Part shown: positions 25,497 to 40,940 of the stretch, one piece after another
Layout: every line of letters starts with the position of its first letter
Numbering within the stretch: the first letter of the stretch is position 1
Source of the DNA: the human T2T-CHM13v2.0 reference genome, Homo sapiens
DNA length: 64,000 bases
Assembly (NCBI RefSeq): GCF_009914755.1
Contig: NC_060937.1
Strand: one strand, 5' to 3'
Program-made: the position numbers and the translations under genes
Notes under the pieces: model-generated
Database searches by the model: none
What the model was told of the DNA's origin: nothing
Seen by the model: the letters and a program-made list of their open reading frames with translations, nothing else

Positions 25497-26950
25497 GGCT
25501 AACTCATGCTATTTATCAACTGCAGCTTTCCAGATAAGGCTATACATTAAATACATGGATTAAAAAATGTGTCCTCAAAATTTTTGCATGCATATTACAA
25601 CACACAAATTCCATCAGAAATTTATGAATAAAGTGCTATAATTTTAAAACGGTTCATTGAATGGATTGGAATAAATAGAGGGGAAAATGAAATGCATCAT
25701 TTATCTCCAAATTTCACTTAGCCTCTCAAAACAATCCATTGCCTAGTGTCGCCAAGCACAAATGGCACTCTGAGTTTCACTTTTTGTGGATCACTCCCTG
25801 GAAACATTAAAGAGTAAAGCAATATCCTAAGGATAAGCAGTTGAAAAGAATGAAAGTTTGGGGTAGTAATGCATACATCATATTGATTAGTCCCCAGTCA
25901 TCAGCTCAAGTTTCCAACAGAGGCTGAAAGGTTGTGCTCTGGAGATTTCTTAGCCATGTATGTTCTATGTACACAAACACACCATTCAAACAATTGAAGT
26001 TGCTTGCTTACTTATTTCTAGTAGCCATATTGCTTTCCATTGCCTACACTACTTAACAAAGATACAAAGAGTTCTGCTCAGCATTCAATAATCCTTTTGA
26101 TACAGAAAAGTGTGGGCACCTAAAATACCTTCTAAAAGAACAAAGTGTAAGCAGGAAGAAGCTATTAACATAGAGGAAAATGGGAAATGGAAGCAGCAGA
26201 GCCAATTATAGGTACATTTCTGCCTGTTGAAGAGACCTCAAAATAGAAGATTTAAAAATCTGTCTCCAAAAGCTTTTTTTAAAGTAAAAATTTTAAAAAG
26301 GTATCATAGGCCATATATAAAAAAGAATATCCATCCTGTCTACCAAAGTAAGTGCTTTCTTCCTCTTCCTTGATTGAAGGCACAAGATAATTGTCTCTTC
26401 CTGATGCTTTGTTTAAGGATTCTAAATAAACCAGTCTCAGGTGGCCCCCTTAAGAGCAGTCCCCCTAGGAATCTGCCACTGAATCTCGAAACTATAATTT
26501 GTTCCAGACACTCTGTACAAAATACATTTCTTTCCCAATCTCTAAACTTGATAATTAGATGTGTTTAGTCAGAATTAAAAATAAAATCAAGTGGAAAGTT
26601 ATTCAGGTGCAAGTTATTAACCTACAGTGATGGCAGAACAGAAGGGGACTTCACCAAGTAAACTCACATTTTTGGTGCAAGTCACATGTTTTAGGTACTT
26701 TGCTAAGCTCTTTATTGAACATACCGCTTTATTCTTGATGATAATCTATTAATATAATATTTTGATTTTGTAGATGTTGAGAGTTAAGAAATGACATATA
26801 GAAATAAATGGTAGAAGTAGATTCAAACCCATGTTTGTTTGACTCCAAAGCTTATATTTCTTCCTCTCAGTTCCAGAAACTGAGGCATAGGGAAAGAATG
26901 CTCAGAGCATGCCAAACTCATTTCTTACCTTCTCATCATATGCCTTAGTA

Positions 26951-27363
26951 TGTGTATTGGGCCGCTGTAACAAAATACTATGGGCTGCTGTAACAAAATA
27001 CGATGGGCTTGGGCTGCTGTAACAAAATACTACGGACTGGGTGGCTTAAACCACAAACATTTGTTTCTCATGGTTTGGGAGGCTGAGAAGTCTCAGGTCA
27101 AGGTGCCAGCAGATTGGGTTCTGGTAAGGGCCCACACCTGGTTTGCCAGTGGCCATCTTCTTAGCAAGTGTTCTCACGTGGAGGGGAGCAGAGAGAATGA
27201 GAGCAAGCTGCTGTCTCTATTTTCATAAGAGCACTAATCCCCTTCATGAAGACCCTATTCTCACGACCTAGTTGCCTCCAAAAGGCCCCATCTCCTAACA
27301 TCATCTCACTGGGGGATTCCAACACATGAATTTTGGGGGAATACAGACATTCCATCTATAGCA
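26951..27363 (-). mobile_element. MaLR LTR (MLT1A-like) with a triplicated 23-mer at its end
   Basis: gggctgctgtaacaaaatac...ggtggcttaaac...aaggtgccagcagatt...tatagca. Confidence 0.85.
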
Positions 27364-27399
27364 TCAGGATTCTTCAGTTTCTGGTCCTTTAAGTCTTCT

Positions 27400-27715
<316 letters not shown>

Positions 27716-28964
27716 TAGCCAGGCTTTGGTCATGCTATTCTTCCTGTCTGGAAAGCCCATTTATACTCTTCTTCATGTGCAAGACGTTCTTCACCAAATG
27801 TACTACCATTCTCCTAGGAGATGTTTGGAAATGTGTATGGCATCTACCATTGCCATGATGGGGGTGCTATGCTAGCAGGAAGCACCCAGGGGCTAAGGCT
27901 GCTCAGCAGTGTGCAATGTTGTGCTGTATGGGCAACTCCACACCACAGAGAATTGCTCTGTGCCAGGTGCCCATAGAGCCCCTGCTGAGAACACTGACCC
28001 TAATCTCTCAAGCCCTACTACCTCCATTGAAGTGTGATGCTCCTAACCCCTGAGCCTGAAATCGTCTGCTCCTCTTAAAAATTTCAGAAACCCTTCTTGC
28101 CTATTAATCTGTATGTTTCATGTTAACGTATTTTGAATTTAATTGTTATCTTTTTCTTTTACATACAAAATTTGACTTTCTAGTTATTTTATGTTCCTTG
28201 AGAGTAGGTATTATTTGACAGTACATATTTAATGTTCTTTCCTTCACAACTATAATAGAAAATATTTATATAGCATATATATGTTATCTACTGTTTTAAG
28301 CACTTTATGTGTGTTTTAACTCATTCAACCCTCCAAACAATCCTATAGAGTATTATTATTCCTATTTAATAGATGGAAAACCTGGGGAACAGAGAAGTTG
28401 AATAACTTTCACAAGTATCAGAGCTGTGACTCAAACCCAGAGAGTCTAGCTCCAGGGTCTGAAGCTTTTAACCACTAAATGCAATGGCCTTACCCAACAA
28501 ACATGTCTCAAGTGCTTATTATAAGCACACGAATAAAACTTTGATTCTTTAGAAAATATTTGTAAAATCCGTTAAGTATAATAATGGAGTAACATACATG
28601 GAAGTCCAAAGGTGGGTTAGGTGAGTACCTAGCCCAGCTAAAGGGGATATGTGGAGCCTCCTAAAAGGAGGAACTAAACCTGGTGTGTCGAGGATGAGGC
28701 AAGGATGGGATGGACAATCGGGATGGAGAATGAGGCTGGAGAGTAGGTGGAGAAAGATCACAGAAGAGCCATGAGAAATAGCTTGAACTCTATCTCGTAG
28801 GTAGCAGGTTTTAAGTAAAAGGTGACTTAGTCAAGTATGAGTTTTTAAAAAACTTTCCTTGGGAACTAGCTGAAGAAGATCAGAGGATGAGCACAACAAC
28901 AGTGAAAGCTGTCAGAAGGCTGTGGTAGCCCAGAGTGACAGATGTTTTTGAGGACGATGATAAC

Positions 28965-29210
28965 GTAGTCTGTCAGCACTACTGTAACAAAATACTACAG
29001 CCTGGGTCATTTATAGAGAATAGAAATGTGTTTCTCAGAGTTTTGGAGCCTGGGAAGTCCCAGATCAAGACACCGGCATTGTTGTCTAGTGAGGGCTGCT
29101 CCATGCTTCCAACATGGCACCTTGTTTCTGTGCCCTCACATGGCAGAAGGCAGGAGGGCAAGAGGATCAAATGCTGTGGGAAGCTTCTTTCATAAAGGCC
29201 TTATTATTCC
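28965..29210 (-). mobile_element. MST/MLT1-type MaLR LTR fragment
   Basis: tgtaacaaaatactacagcctggg...ctcacatggcagaagg. Confidence 0.75.
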
Positions 29211-30545
29211 CCATACAGCCCGTATGCCTTGTCTTGGATGAGTAGATTGCAAATCAAACCTATAGTTCCTACACTCAAATGCTGTGGCAGCATCATATGC
29301 TGAGATGAGTGCTGGGCTAGGGATCTTAAAATTTGGATTCAATCTCAGTGTTGCTTTTTATTACTGTGTTACTTAAATTCTATTAGTATATTTCATTATC
29401 TGTACAAATAAGAGAACTAAAAGGCCGGACAATGTCAGAATAGAAGGTATCTATACCTTTTCTTGGGATAATTGCTGCTTATTTTTTGGACACTAAATGA
29501 ATATTTTATTATATGTCTAGAAAGTATTTAAATGTTTTCTTTCTTATTTTGAAAGAAAGACTGCTGTGTTATTATGTTGCCTGAAACAAGCTTTGTTTTG
29601 ATTATTTTTTAATCTGCAAGCTAGCCAGCCAAGCTCTGCCCTTAGTTCACTTCCTTGGAAGTTTCATGGAAATCAGTGGGATGTGGAATGATTAGCCAAC
29701 AGTTGAATTTGGCCTGTGTTCCTGTGTGATTAACATGGCAGGGGGCCAGATAGAACTTGGGAGGTAAAGTGCTGCATTTGCATGAACGATGTCTCCAAAA
29801 ATTAAATTCGAAAGGGTATGTATGAAGGAAATAATGTTTCTAACAGACCCGTCTGACCCTGTGTTTCCAACTTTTCCTGCCAAGCAACCTTTTCTGTAGA
29901 CAATCGGAAGAAAGACATCTGTAAAAAGGATATATTGGGGAGTGTGTGGGTCTGTGCACATGTGCGTACTCTTTGTGTGTCGGTGTGACCTGTGTGCATC
30001 TGCATGTGTGTACATATTCAGGGAAAAATAGGATTAGAAAGGAATTCAGTAACAACACAGGTTCCCTTCACCTCCCCAGGGAAGCCATGCAGCAGGTAAA
30101 TGTGTCACGCTTTAGCACATTTTTCCTGCTTAACTTTTATGCACATGTGTCCTCTAGTGTACTGTGTGTGACCACAGTACATGGTCTATATATTTTCACT
30201 TTGTCTCCAGTGTGATGCTTGGCACACAGGAAATGATCAAAATGTGTTGAATTGTTTTTGATCAAATCAATCCCAACTTTTATAACTAATTTGGAGGAGC
30301 TATTTCTGCTCATCTTCCTTTGCTGCTCCAGAAATTTCTCTCAAGCAAAGACAAAAGGTTGTTTTTAATGCGTGTATGTGCCTGATACTGTTTTAAGTCC
30401 TAATATGCAGTGTTAATATAGAAAGGTCTTTGAAATTCAATAAGAAAAGAAAAATACTCATTGATAAATATGAATTCATAAAAAAGAAATTAAGATGGCA
30501 TATAAGAGTATCTAAACCCTTTTTTCAAAATTTCAAACTCACTAG

Positions 30546-30942
30546 TGTCAACCTAAAATAATCAAAAGGCAAAGGATCCAGTGCAAAATGTAAGGATAGC
30601 CATCTGGGACCAATATACCCCAAAGAATGTATATTATTATAACACATTTTTTACACAAAAGCTAACACGCAGACATAAGATTCGATTGGCTACAAAGGGG
30701 ATTGCTTAATGGTAAAGAGGTAACAATCACAAGAGGCTCTATCTCCAATGTCATTTAGTCTAGATATGAATGAAGAGTAGGGAGTCTGTTTAACATATAC
30801 TATCTCAACACAAAGGTTAAGAAGCAATAGTCATGCATGACAGAAAGAAAAGCAGTGGTGCTATGTGACTCAGTTTCCAGGGCTTAACTTTTCACCTTGG
30901 CATAATAAATTAAGAAGGTTCTGAAATTTTATTTCAGTTTCA
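30546..30942 (-). mobile_element. ERV1 (MER4-group) solo LTR, subfamily uncertain
   Basis: tgtcaacctaaaataatcaaaagg ... gactcagtttccagggcttaacttttcaccttggcataataaatt...tgaaattttattt...ca. Confidence 0.65.
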
Positions 30943-31396
30943 TAAAATGAAATTTCATTTTATTTCAGTTTCATAAAATGAAATTTCATTTTATTTCAGT
31001 TTCATAAAATGAAATTTCATTTTATTTCAGTTTCATAAAATGAAATTTCATTTTCAGTTTCATTAAATGAAATTTCATTTTATTTCAGTTTCATAAAATG
31101 AAATTTCATTTTATTTCAGTTTCATTAAATGAAATTTCATTTTATTTCAGTTTCATTAAATGAAATTTCATTTTATTTCAGTTTCATAAAATGAAATTTC
31201 ATTTTATTTCATTTTCATAAAATGAAATTGTATATTATTTCATTTTCATAAAATGAAATTGTATATTATTTCATTTTCATAAAATGAAATTGTATTTTAT
31301 TTCATTTTCATAAAATGAAATTGTATTTTATTTCATTTTCATAAAATGAAATTGTATTTTATTTCATTTTCATAAAATGAAATTGTATTTTATTTC
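30922..31396. repeat. 31-bp AT-rich palindromic minisatellite, 15 copies
   Basis: Unit ATAAAATGAAATTTCATTTTAT+TTCAGTTTC; units start at 30942, 30973, 31004, 31035, 31062, 31093, 31124, 31155, 31186, 31217, 31248, 31279, 31310, 31341 and 31372. Confidence 0.97.
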
Positions 31397-32554
31397 CTAA
31401 TTTTTAATTTAAAAGTTAAGAAAACTAGACATTCAAAACTTACTAGAGATACAAAATAATACAATAAGATGCTATTTTATCCATCAAAGTATCAAAGATT
31501 AGAATTAAAAAATGATATTCAGAGTTGGCAAAAGATGCCAGAAACAGACACACTCATACAGGACCCAAGTAAATGTAAAATGATGCAGTCTTTCTGGAGG
31601 ATTATAGGGCCATATTATCAAAAGTCTTAAATATCTTCTTTTACGCACTATCCCCATTTCTAGGAATTTATTCAATGGAAGTAATCAGAGGTGTGCATAA
31701 ATGTTTCTGTGCAAAAGTTATCCCACTATTATTTACAAAAGCAAAGAAGAAAACACAAAGGAAATAACCAAAATGTTTAGTAATAGATATTCAGTTATGA
31801 AAGCATACTATTTTAAAATGAGATGAAAAATATTCATAATATAATATTAAGTTAAAATAGGACATAAAGCAAATATTACATGATAAATATTATATATATA
31901 TGTGGGTACTTTAGTCTTAACACTGGTAAAGTGATTTTAATTTTAATATTATTCGAATTTTTTATAAAAAGAATGCATTCCACTTATGTGTGTGTGTTTA
32001 TCCGTTAATTTAAAGAGTTACTGTGCTCATTATAAAACTAGATGAAAAAAAGACTTTGATCTGCAAAGAGCTGTTCAAACTTTAGCAAGAAATGTGAAAT
32101 ATGTTAAAAATGTAAACACTATGGTTTGAGTTTTATTGTGTACTAATTAAAAGCAAATGTTTGCTAGCTCAAAAAAAAAGAGTTACTGTTATCAAATATT
32201 CAAAGCCGAAGGAATATTGTTGAGAAAAACATTAAGATTTTGGATGTCCTAAATATTTAATATATTACCTGTAAGTATTTATTCAGAAGAAAAATGCCAT
32301 AGATTCTTTTTTTTACTGCCTTAAACATATTCTAATGTTTTAGGTGCTTGCTGGGTGACAAATCAGTATTTTTCACTGTGTTAGTTAAGCTACTTCTAGA
32401 TGTGTTTGTCTTTAAACAAGTGATTATTTTTATTATGTACCAGCACATTGTTATAGCAATTTTTAAAAGCATTGAAATGTGTATAGAACAAAGTTGTTTT
32501 GTTGTTTCGTTTTTCTTTTCAAACTTTTAATACTTGTTTGCATAAAATTGGTGT

Positions 32555-33995
32555 TTATTCATTTGTTTAACAAATATTTATTGCACACTTCTACAGTCTG
32601 AGTTCTGTTCTTGGCATTGAAGAAACACTGGTGAATAAACATGTCTCTGACCTTGGATTTTAATAGAGCACGTAACAAATAAAAATAACAAAAAAATTAC
32701 ATAAAATCATCTCAGGAGGTGATAGGTGCTACAAGCCAACAGTACAGCAGGATGGGAAGCTCATAAGTGATGAGAAGGATGGTATTAATTAAGGTGGTCA
32801 GAGATGACCTCTTGAGGAGGTGTCATTTGAGCAGAAAGATGAATAAGATGAAGGAACAACCCATTTACATCATAGGGACAACATGACAGGCAGAGGGAAA
32901 CACAGGTTCAAATCTCAGGAGACAGAAAAATTTGACATGCTAGAATCGCAAAAGCACACTGAGATCGGAGTGGAGGACGTGAGGACAAGAGCGAGGGAAA
33001 ATTAGGTCCAGGCATATCACAGCAGATTTATTGAGTTCTGTGGCTTTTGTTCTAGTGTTACAGGGGGGTTACTGGGAAGATTTAGCGAGAGAGTAATGTG
33101 ATCTGATTTCCGTTGTTAAAGAGTATGCTGGTTGCTGGGTGAAGATTAAACTGTAGGCAGGAAAGAGAAGAAAGAAAATAATACCAGTTTGGAGGGTCTT
33201 GCATCAGTGCAGGCAAAATACAGTTGCTTGTACCAGAAATAAAAGTGATGAGAAGTAATTTTACTCTAAATGTACTTTAAATATAGAACCAGCAGAATCT
33301 GCTGAGAAAAAGAGATGAATCAATGATGACTTCTAGGTTCTTGACTCAAGCAACTGCCTGAATGGTGTTTTCATTTCTTAGTGAGGTAAGTGGTTGGAGA
33401 AAGTGGATAGCAAAAGTTTTGTTTTCGACGTGTTGGTCTTGAGTTGCATACTTGACATCCAAATTGGGATGTGGAGTAAGCAGTGAGATATACAAGTCTG
33501 AAGTTCAGAGAGGAAGTATGGTCTGGAGATATAAACGGAGAAATCACATGCACACAAATGGGATTTAGAGCCAAAGAATGGAATAAATACACCTAGAGAG
33601 TGAGGAGAAAACAAAAATATGTTCCAAGAATTATGTCCTGTAGTAATCCAACATTTCAAATTGGAAAAGGTGAAGAGTAACTAGAAAATGAGACTGAGAA
33701 AATATTGTCAATTCAGTAGAAGGAAAACAGAAAGAGTAGGGAATACAAATAGAAAATTGAAGACGTTTTTCAGCCAGGAAATGATCATTTATGTCAAATC
33801 CTCCTGCAAGATCTAGAACAAAGATTAGAAATTGAACTCAAATTGAACTTAGCAACATAGAATTTGATGTCGAGTTTAAGAGTAGTTTCAGTGAAGTTGT
33901 GGACTGACAGGCTGACTAGGAAAGACTGCAGAAAGGACAAACGGGAAAGAGGTGGAGAAAGTAATGAAGACAATTCTTCTGAAGATGTTTGCTAT
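32555..33995 (-). mobile_element. L2 LINE 3' region
   Basis: attcatttgtttaacaaatatttattg L2 tail; purine-rich body with gagtaatgtgatctgattt and ctggagatataa. Confidence 0.8.
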
Positions 33996-34149
33996 TATAT
34001 TCATGCATTTTATGTGTCATATAAATAAAATACACAGTATATATATAAAACATTATATTTACATATAATCAGGATGTTTTAATATATTTAATGCTATAAT
34101 TTAAACTCTGATAATTTGAGAGGTAAGATATTTCATTTTACTTAAAGCA

Positions 34150-35760
<1,611 letters not shown>

Positions 35761-37174
35761 AGTTCATTTTTCACTTCTTTGTTTACTGATGAGGTAATTA
35801 TAGGATTTGACTAAAAGTCTAATTGAAATTACATGGATAAATTGATTTAATCAGTTGGATAAGAAGTATTACTTAAATAGTCAACTGAACAAACTGAGAA
35901 GTTTGAATTTTACAGAAACTGGGGGCTACTTTGTACTTTATACCTAAACTTAATGTGCTCCCAACCAAGGCGAAAGGGCTGATCTGATTATCTTTGTATG
36001 AGATAGTTCAGTATGCTTGTTAGCTGTAAGAGAGGGCACTCTTTCTCCACTTCAGCTGAGTCTGTAGTGCTGTTACTGAATCACTGTAGGCTGTTGAGTG
36101 TCCAGGACAAGGCAACCAGATTTTCACCCAAGTCTCTTTTGTTTGAAGGAATAGAAATCCATCTGTACTAGTCAAATAAGATTTATGAAGAGATCCAGTG
36201 ATTACTCTTGAAGCCAATAGCAGTCTCATGTAAACTTCAGCTAATAACTAAGAAGCATCTTAGACTCAGAACAGTTTCCCTTTCTGTCCTTTGCTTACTG
36301 GTGACCACATGGGCTTCCTTTCTTTTTCTGTTCATTTTATTCTCTTTCTCTTCTGTTTGCCGATCAGATTCCTCTGCTTGTTCCTCAGCATTCACGAGGT
36401 AAAAAATGACACCCCTGCTTAAACTTTAAATTACCTTCCGTTACATGCAAATACAAACATCAGACTCGTAATTAACATTAAATAACATCTTTGAGTACTT
36501 ATGTGGCAGAGGCTGCTTTAAATGCATCGTATGTATTTAACTCATTTAATCTTTAAAAACACAAATGGGGAGTGGGAATTAGAGCCCTATCAGCCAGCTT
36601 GTGACCTATTTTTTCCCCTCAGCGGGGATGCCTAGGAAAGAAAAAACTAACCAAGTCACAATTTCTTGCAAACATGTTAGTAACCAAACATCTGTGATAA
36701 ACACACAAATGCTATTTATTAGCAAGGAGAAACGAGTCCTTATTTGTGAAATGTTTTTTAGCAGGGTATACTTGGTCAGTTTGGGTTGCTTATTTTAAGG
36801 ATGTATTGGTATTTATAAGCTATCTTATTAATAGGGCATAAAAAGGAGGTATTTTATAACCAAATGGCTCCTACTGTTTAATACATGTTTTTCTTCAAGT
36901 TTTGTATAACAACTAATATGTTTAGTCTGAACCAGAAGGCATTGTTACATAGAAGACAAAGGACATGTGAGATTCTGCCTTGACAGTCTCAGACATCTTC
37001 ATGGAAAGAATGCTTATCTAGTCTTGCTATTGCCTCTGCATTTTGAATTACTAGTAAAATTGATACTGGTTGTGATTTATTATTTATAGTGTGTCTTATT
37101 TCACTAACTCTTCATGTTAGAGAGGATATTATATTTATTCACAGTCTGCGATAAAAAAATTAAGAAACAGAAAG

Positions 37175-40100
37175 TTTCTATTTGTGCTCTTTCAGACTTT
37201 TTGATGTAGGCATTTAATGCTATGGACTTTCTTCTTAGCACCACTTTTGCTGTGTCTCAGAGGTTTTGATAAGTAGTCACTGTTATTGTTCAGTTCAAAG
37301 AATTTTTTAAATTTCCATCTTGATTTCATTGTTGTCCCAAAGATCATTCAGAAGCAGATTATTTAATTTCCATGTATTTGTATAGTTTTGAGGGTTCCTG
37401 TTGGAGTTATTTCCAGTATTATTCCACTGTGGTCTGAGAGGGTACTTGATATAATTTTGATTTTCTTACATTTCTTGAGACTTGCTTTGTGGCCTATCAT
37501 ATGGTCTATGTTTGAGAATGTTCCATGTGCTGATGAAAATAATGTATATTCTGCAGTTGTTGGGTAGAATGTTCTGCAAATAACCTTATGTCCATTTGTT
37601 CTAGGGCACAGTTTGAGTCCATTGTTTCTTTGTTGACTTTCTGTCTTGATGACCTGCCTAGTGCTGTCAGTAGAATATTGAAGTCCCCCACTATTATTGT
37701 ATTGCCATCTATCTTATTTCTTATGGCTAGTAGTAATTGCATTATGATTTTGGGATCTCCCATGTTAGGTGTATATATATATATATATATATGTGTGTGT
37801 ATATATATATATCACACATGTATATAAATATATATATATATTTAGGATTGTGATTTTTCCTGTTGGACAAGGCCTTTTATTATATAATTTTCCTCTTTGT
37901 CTTTTTTAACTGTTGTTGCTTTAAAGTCTGTTTTGTCTGATATAAGAATAGCTACTCCTGCTCACTTATCATAGAATACCTTTTTCATGCCTTTACCTTG
38001 AGTTTATGTGAGTTCTTACGCCTTAGGTGAATCTCTTGAAGACAGCAGATACTTGGTTGGTGGATTTTTATCCATTCTGCCATCATGTATTTTTAAGTGG
38101 AGCACTTAGACTATTTAAATTCACATTAGTAGTAAGATGTGAGGTACTGTTTTATTCATTTTGCTAGTTGTTGCCTGAATATCTTGTGTTTTATTTCACT
38201 GTGTTATTGTTTTATGCTTGAAAGAGGCTCTATTTTGGTGTATTTTGAGGGTTTTTTTGAGATTTAGAACTCCTGTTAGCATTTTTTGTAGCACTGGCAT
38301 GGTAGTAGTAAATTCTCTCAGAATTTGTTTCTCTGAAAAAAAGCTTTATCTTTCCTCCATTTATGAAGCTTAGTTTCACTGGTAAAAAACCACTGGCTGG
38401 CAATTATATTGTTTAAGGATTCTAAAGATAAGAACTCAAACCTTTCTGGCTTGTAGGGTTTCTGCTGAGAAATCTGCTGTTAATCTGATAGATTTTCCTT
38501 TACAGATTTTCTGATGCTTTTGCCTTACTGCTGTTAAGATTATTACCTTTGTCTTGACTTTAGATGACATGATGACTATGTGCCTGGGTGATTATCTTTT
38601 TGCAATGAATTTCCCAGGTGTTTTTTGAGCTTCTTTTATTTGGATGTCTAGGTCTCTACAGAGGTCAGGGAAGTTTTCCTCAATTATTCCCTCAAATATG
38701 TTTTCCAATCTTTTAGATTTCCTTTTTCTCAGGAATACCAATTATTCTTAGGTTTGGCCAGTTAAAATAATCTCAAATTTCTTGGAGTTTTTGTTCATTT
38801 TTTTGATTATTTTTTCTTTGTTTTTGTCTGACTGGGTTAATTTAAAAGCCTTGTCATTGAGCTCTATAGTTATTTCTTCTATGTGTTCTAGTCTATTGTT
38901 GAAACTTTCCAATGCATTTTGTATTTCTCTTAGTGTGTCTTTCACTTTCAGAAGTTGTGATTGTTTTTCTTTATAGTATCTATTACTCTGGAGAATTTTT
39001 CATCTGTATCCTGTATTTTTTCTTTCATTTCTTTAAGTTGGTTTTCACCTGTCTCTGGTATCTCCTTGAGTAGCTTAATAATCAACCTTCTGAATTCTTT
39101 ATCTGGTAATTCAGAAATTTCTTCTTGCTTTAGATCCATTGCTGGGGAGCTTTTATGGTCTTTTGAGATTCTTTTGTCCCATGGGGTAATCCTTTGATGT
39201 GGTGCACTCCCCCTTCCCCTAGGGATGGGGCTTACTGTGAGCCAGACTGCAGTGACTGTTATCGCTCTTCTGGGTCTAGCCCAGAAGGGCTACCAGGCTC
39301 TGGCTGGTGCTAGAGTATGTCTGCAAAGAGTCCTGTTATGCTATTTGTCTTCAGGTCTTCCAGCGATGAATACTAGCACCTGCTCTGGTGGAGGTGGCAG
39401 CAGAGTGAAGTAGACTGTGTGAGAGTCCTTGGTTGTAGATATGTTTAGTGTGCTGGCTTACTCGAATGCTGGTTATGCTAGCAGTGAAGTTGTCATGCAG
39501 ACAGACTCAGGACCATGGGTTAGACAGGATGTTGCAGATAGTGGAATTAGCTGTTGTTTTCTCCTTCCTTGGAGCAGGGTTGTTCTGTCATCAGTTCCTG
39601 TGAAGTCCTGAGTTGGCCTCCAGCCAGGAGATAACACTTTTGGAAGACCACCAGCTGCCATAGCCTAAGAGGGATATAAGCTTGCCCTAAGTTGGCCAGG
39701 ATAAGCATTAGGGTTTCTCAGGCCATGGGCAAGGTCATAAAATTTCCAAGATTTTATGCCTTTTGTTATTAGCTACTGGGGTGGGTAGAGTAATATCATC
39801 AGGTTGGGGCAGGATTAGGCAGTTCTGAGCTCAGACTCTTCTTGTGTGGGGCTTGCTGCCACCACTGTAGGGGATGTGGGGGTGGTTCTCAGGCCAATGG
39901 GGTTATATTCCAGGGGAAATTATGGCTGCCTCTGTCACCAGGAAAGTGGAGGAAAGCTGGTATCAATAGGTCTCACCCAGCTCCTACATAGTTGGCATGG
40001 TCAGTCTCACTGGTCCCATGAACAGCACTGAATTTATCTCCAGGCAGCCTATGGTGAAGGACTCAGACCTAGCCCCAGGCTATAAGTTTCCTGGCTGAGA

Positions 40101-40733
40101 AAGCAAGCAACCACTTTCAGGCCATGCCCTGTTCCCATCTGCCCACGCTGTCAGCCATCTTCTGCTCTCCTTTCTGCAGCAGTTCCCATTCCCTGCCGAG
40201 TTCTGCTCAAGGGAGTTTATGCCCAGTCAAAATTATTAGAAAGTTCAGTTGGAAGCTTCTTTCACCTTGTGACCCTTCCAAATTCCACTGATTGCCTTCC
40301 CCGAGGGCACCTGTGAGATATACTCAGGGATGGCTTCCTTGGGCTACAGCTGGAGAATGGGAGTGCTGACAAGCCTCTTCCCACTGCTGCTTCTGCTTTT
40401 ATATTTCCCATTAAATCCATTTCAGCTCTAGGTAAGGTTAAATCCTTCTCCCATAATCTGAATTTTCAGATTCCCCAGTGGGGATGTGTGTTTAGAGGCA
40501 GCTTTTCCCCCTCTCACACTTTGGGAACTCACAGTTTTTCACCCATCTCAGGGAAGTTGCAATAGCCTGCTGCTTCTTTTAAATGATCTGTGATTTTCTT
40601 TTGTTTTTTTTTTCTGGTACACTTCTGCAGTGGTTCCTGGATCAAAAGTACATGGTGTGAGTCTCCACATGCTGTTCTATCCATCCAAATGGGAGCTGCA
40701 TGTTAGCCCTGTCTTCTGTCCATCATCTTTTCC
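37175..40733 (-). mobile_element. L1PB/PBa-type 5' portion (5' UTR, degraded ORF1, endonuclease), 3'-truncated
   Basis: ORF 37506..37763 NTIIVGDFNILL...SSRQKVNKET (endonuclease); ORF1 remnants ELPDKEFRRLIIKLLKE and LREIQNALESFNNRLE. Confidence 0.9.
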
Positions 40734-40940
40734 CAGAAGCTTTTTATTTTAATTAGATCCCATTTGTCAATTTTTGCTTTTGTTGCAATTGCTTTTGTTG
40801 CTTTTGGCATCTTCATTATGAAATCTTTGCCCATGCCTATGTCCAGAATGGTATTGCCTAGGGTGTCTTTCAGGGTTTTTATATTTTGGATTTTACACTT
40901 AAGTCTATAATCTATCTTGAGTTAATTTTTGTATATTTGT
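40734..40940 (-). mobile_element. Short L1P ORF2 3'-region fragment
   Basis: ttaattagatcccatttgtcaatttttgcttttgttgcaattgc...tccagaatggtattgcctagg. Confidence 0.85.

Noticed and set aside
29692-30215. Overlapping His/Thr/Cys-rich ORFs
   Set aside because: Artefact of a degenerate (TG)n tract that lacks stop codons
30922-31396. CRISPR-like array of palindromic repeats
   Set aside because: Spacers are 9 bp and nearly identical, the context is eukaryotic and there are no cas genes; it is a minisatellite
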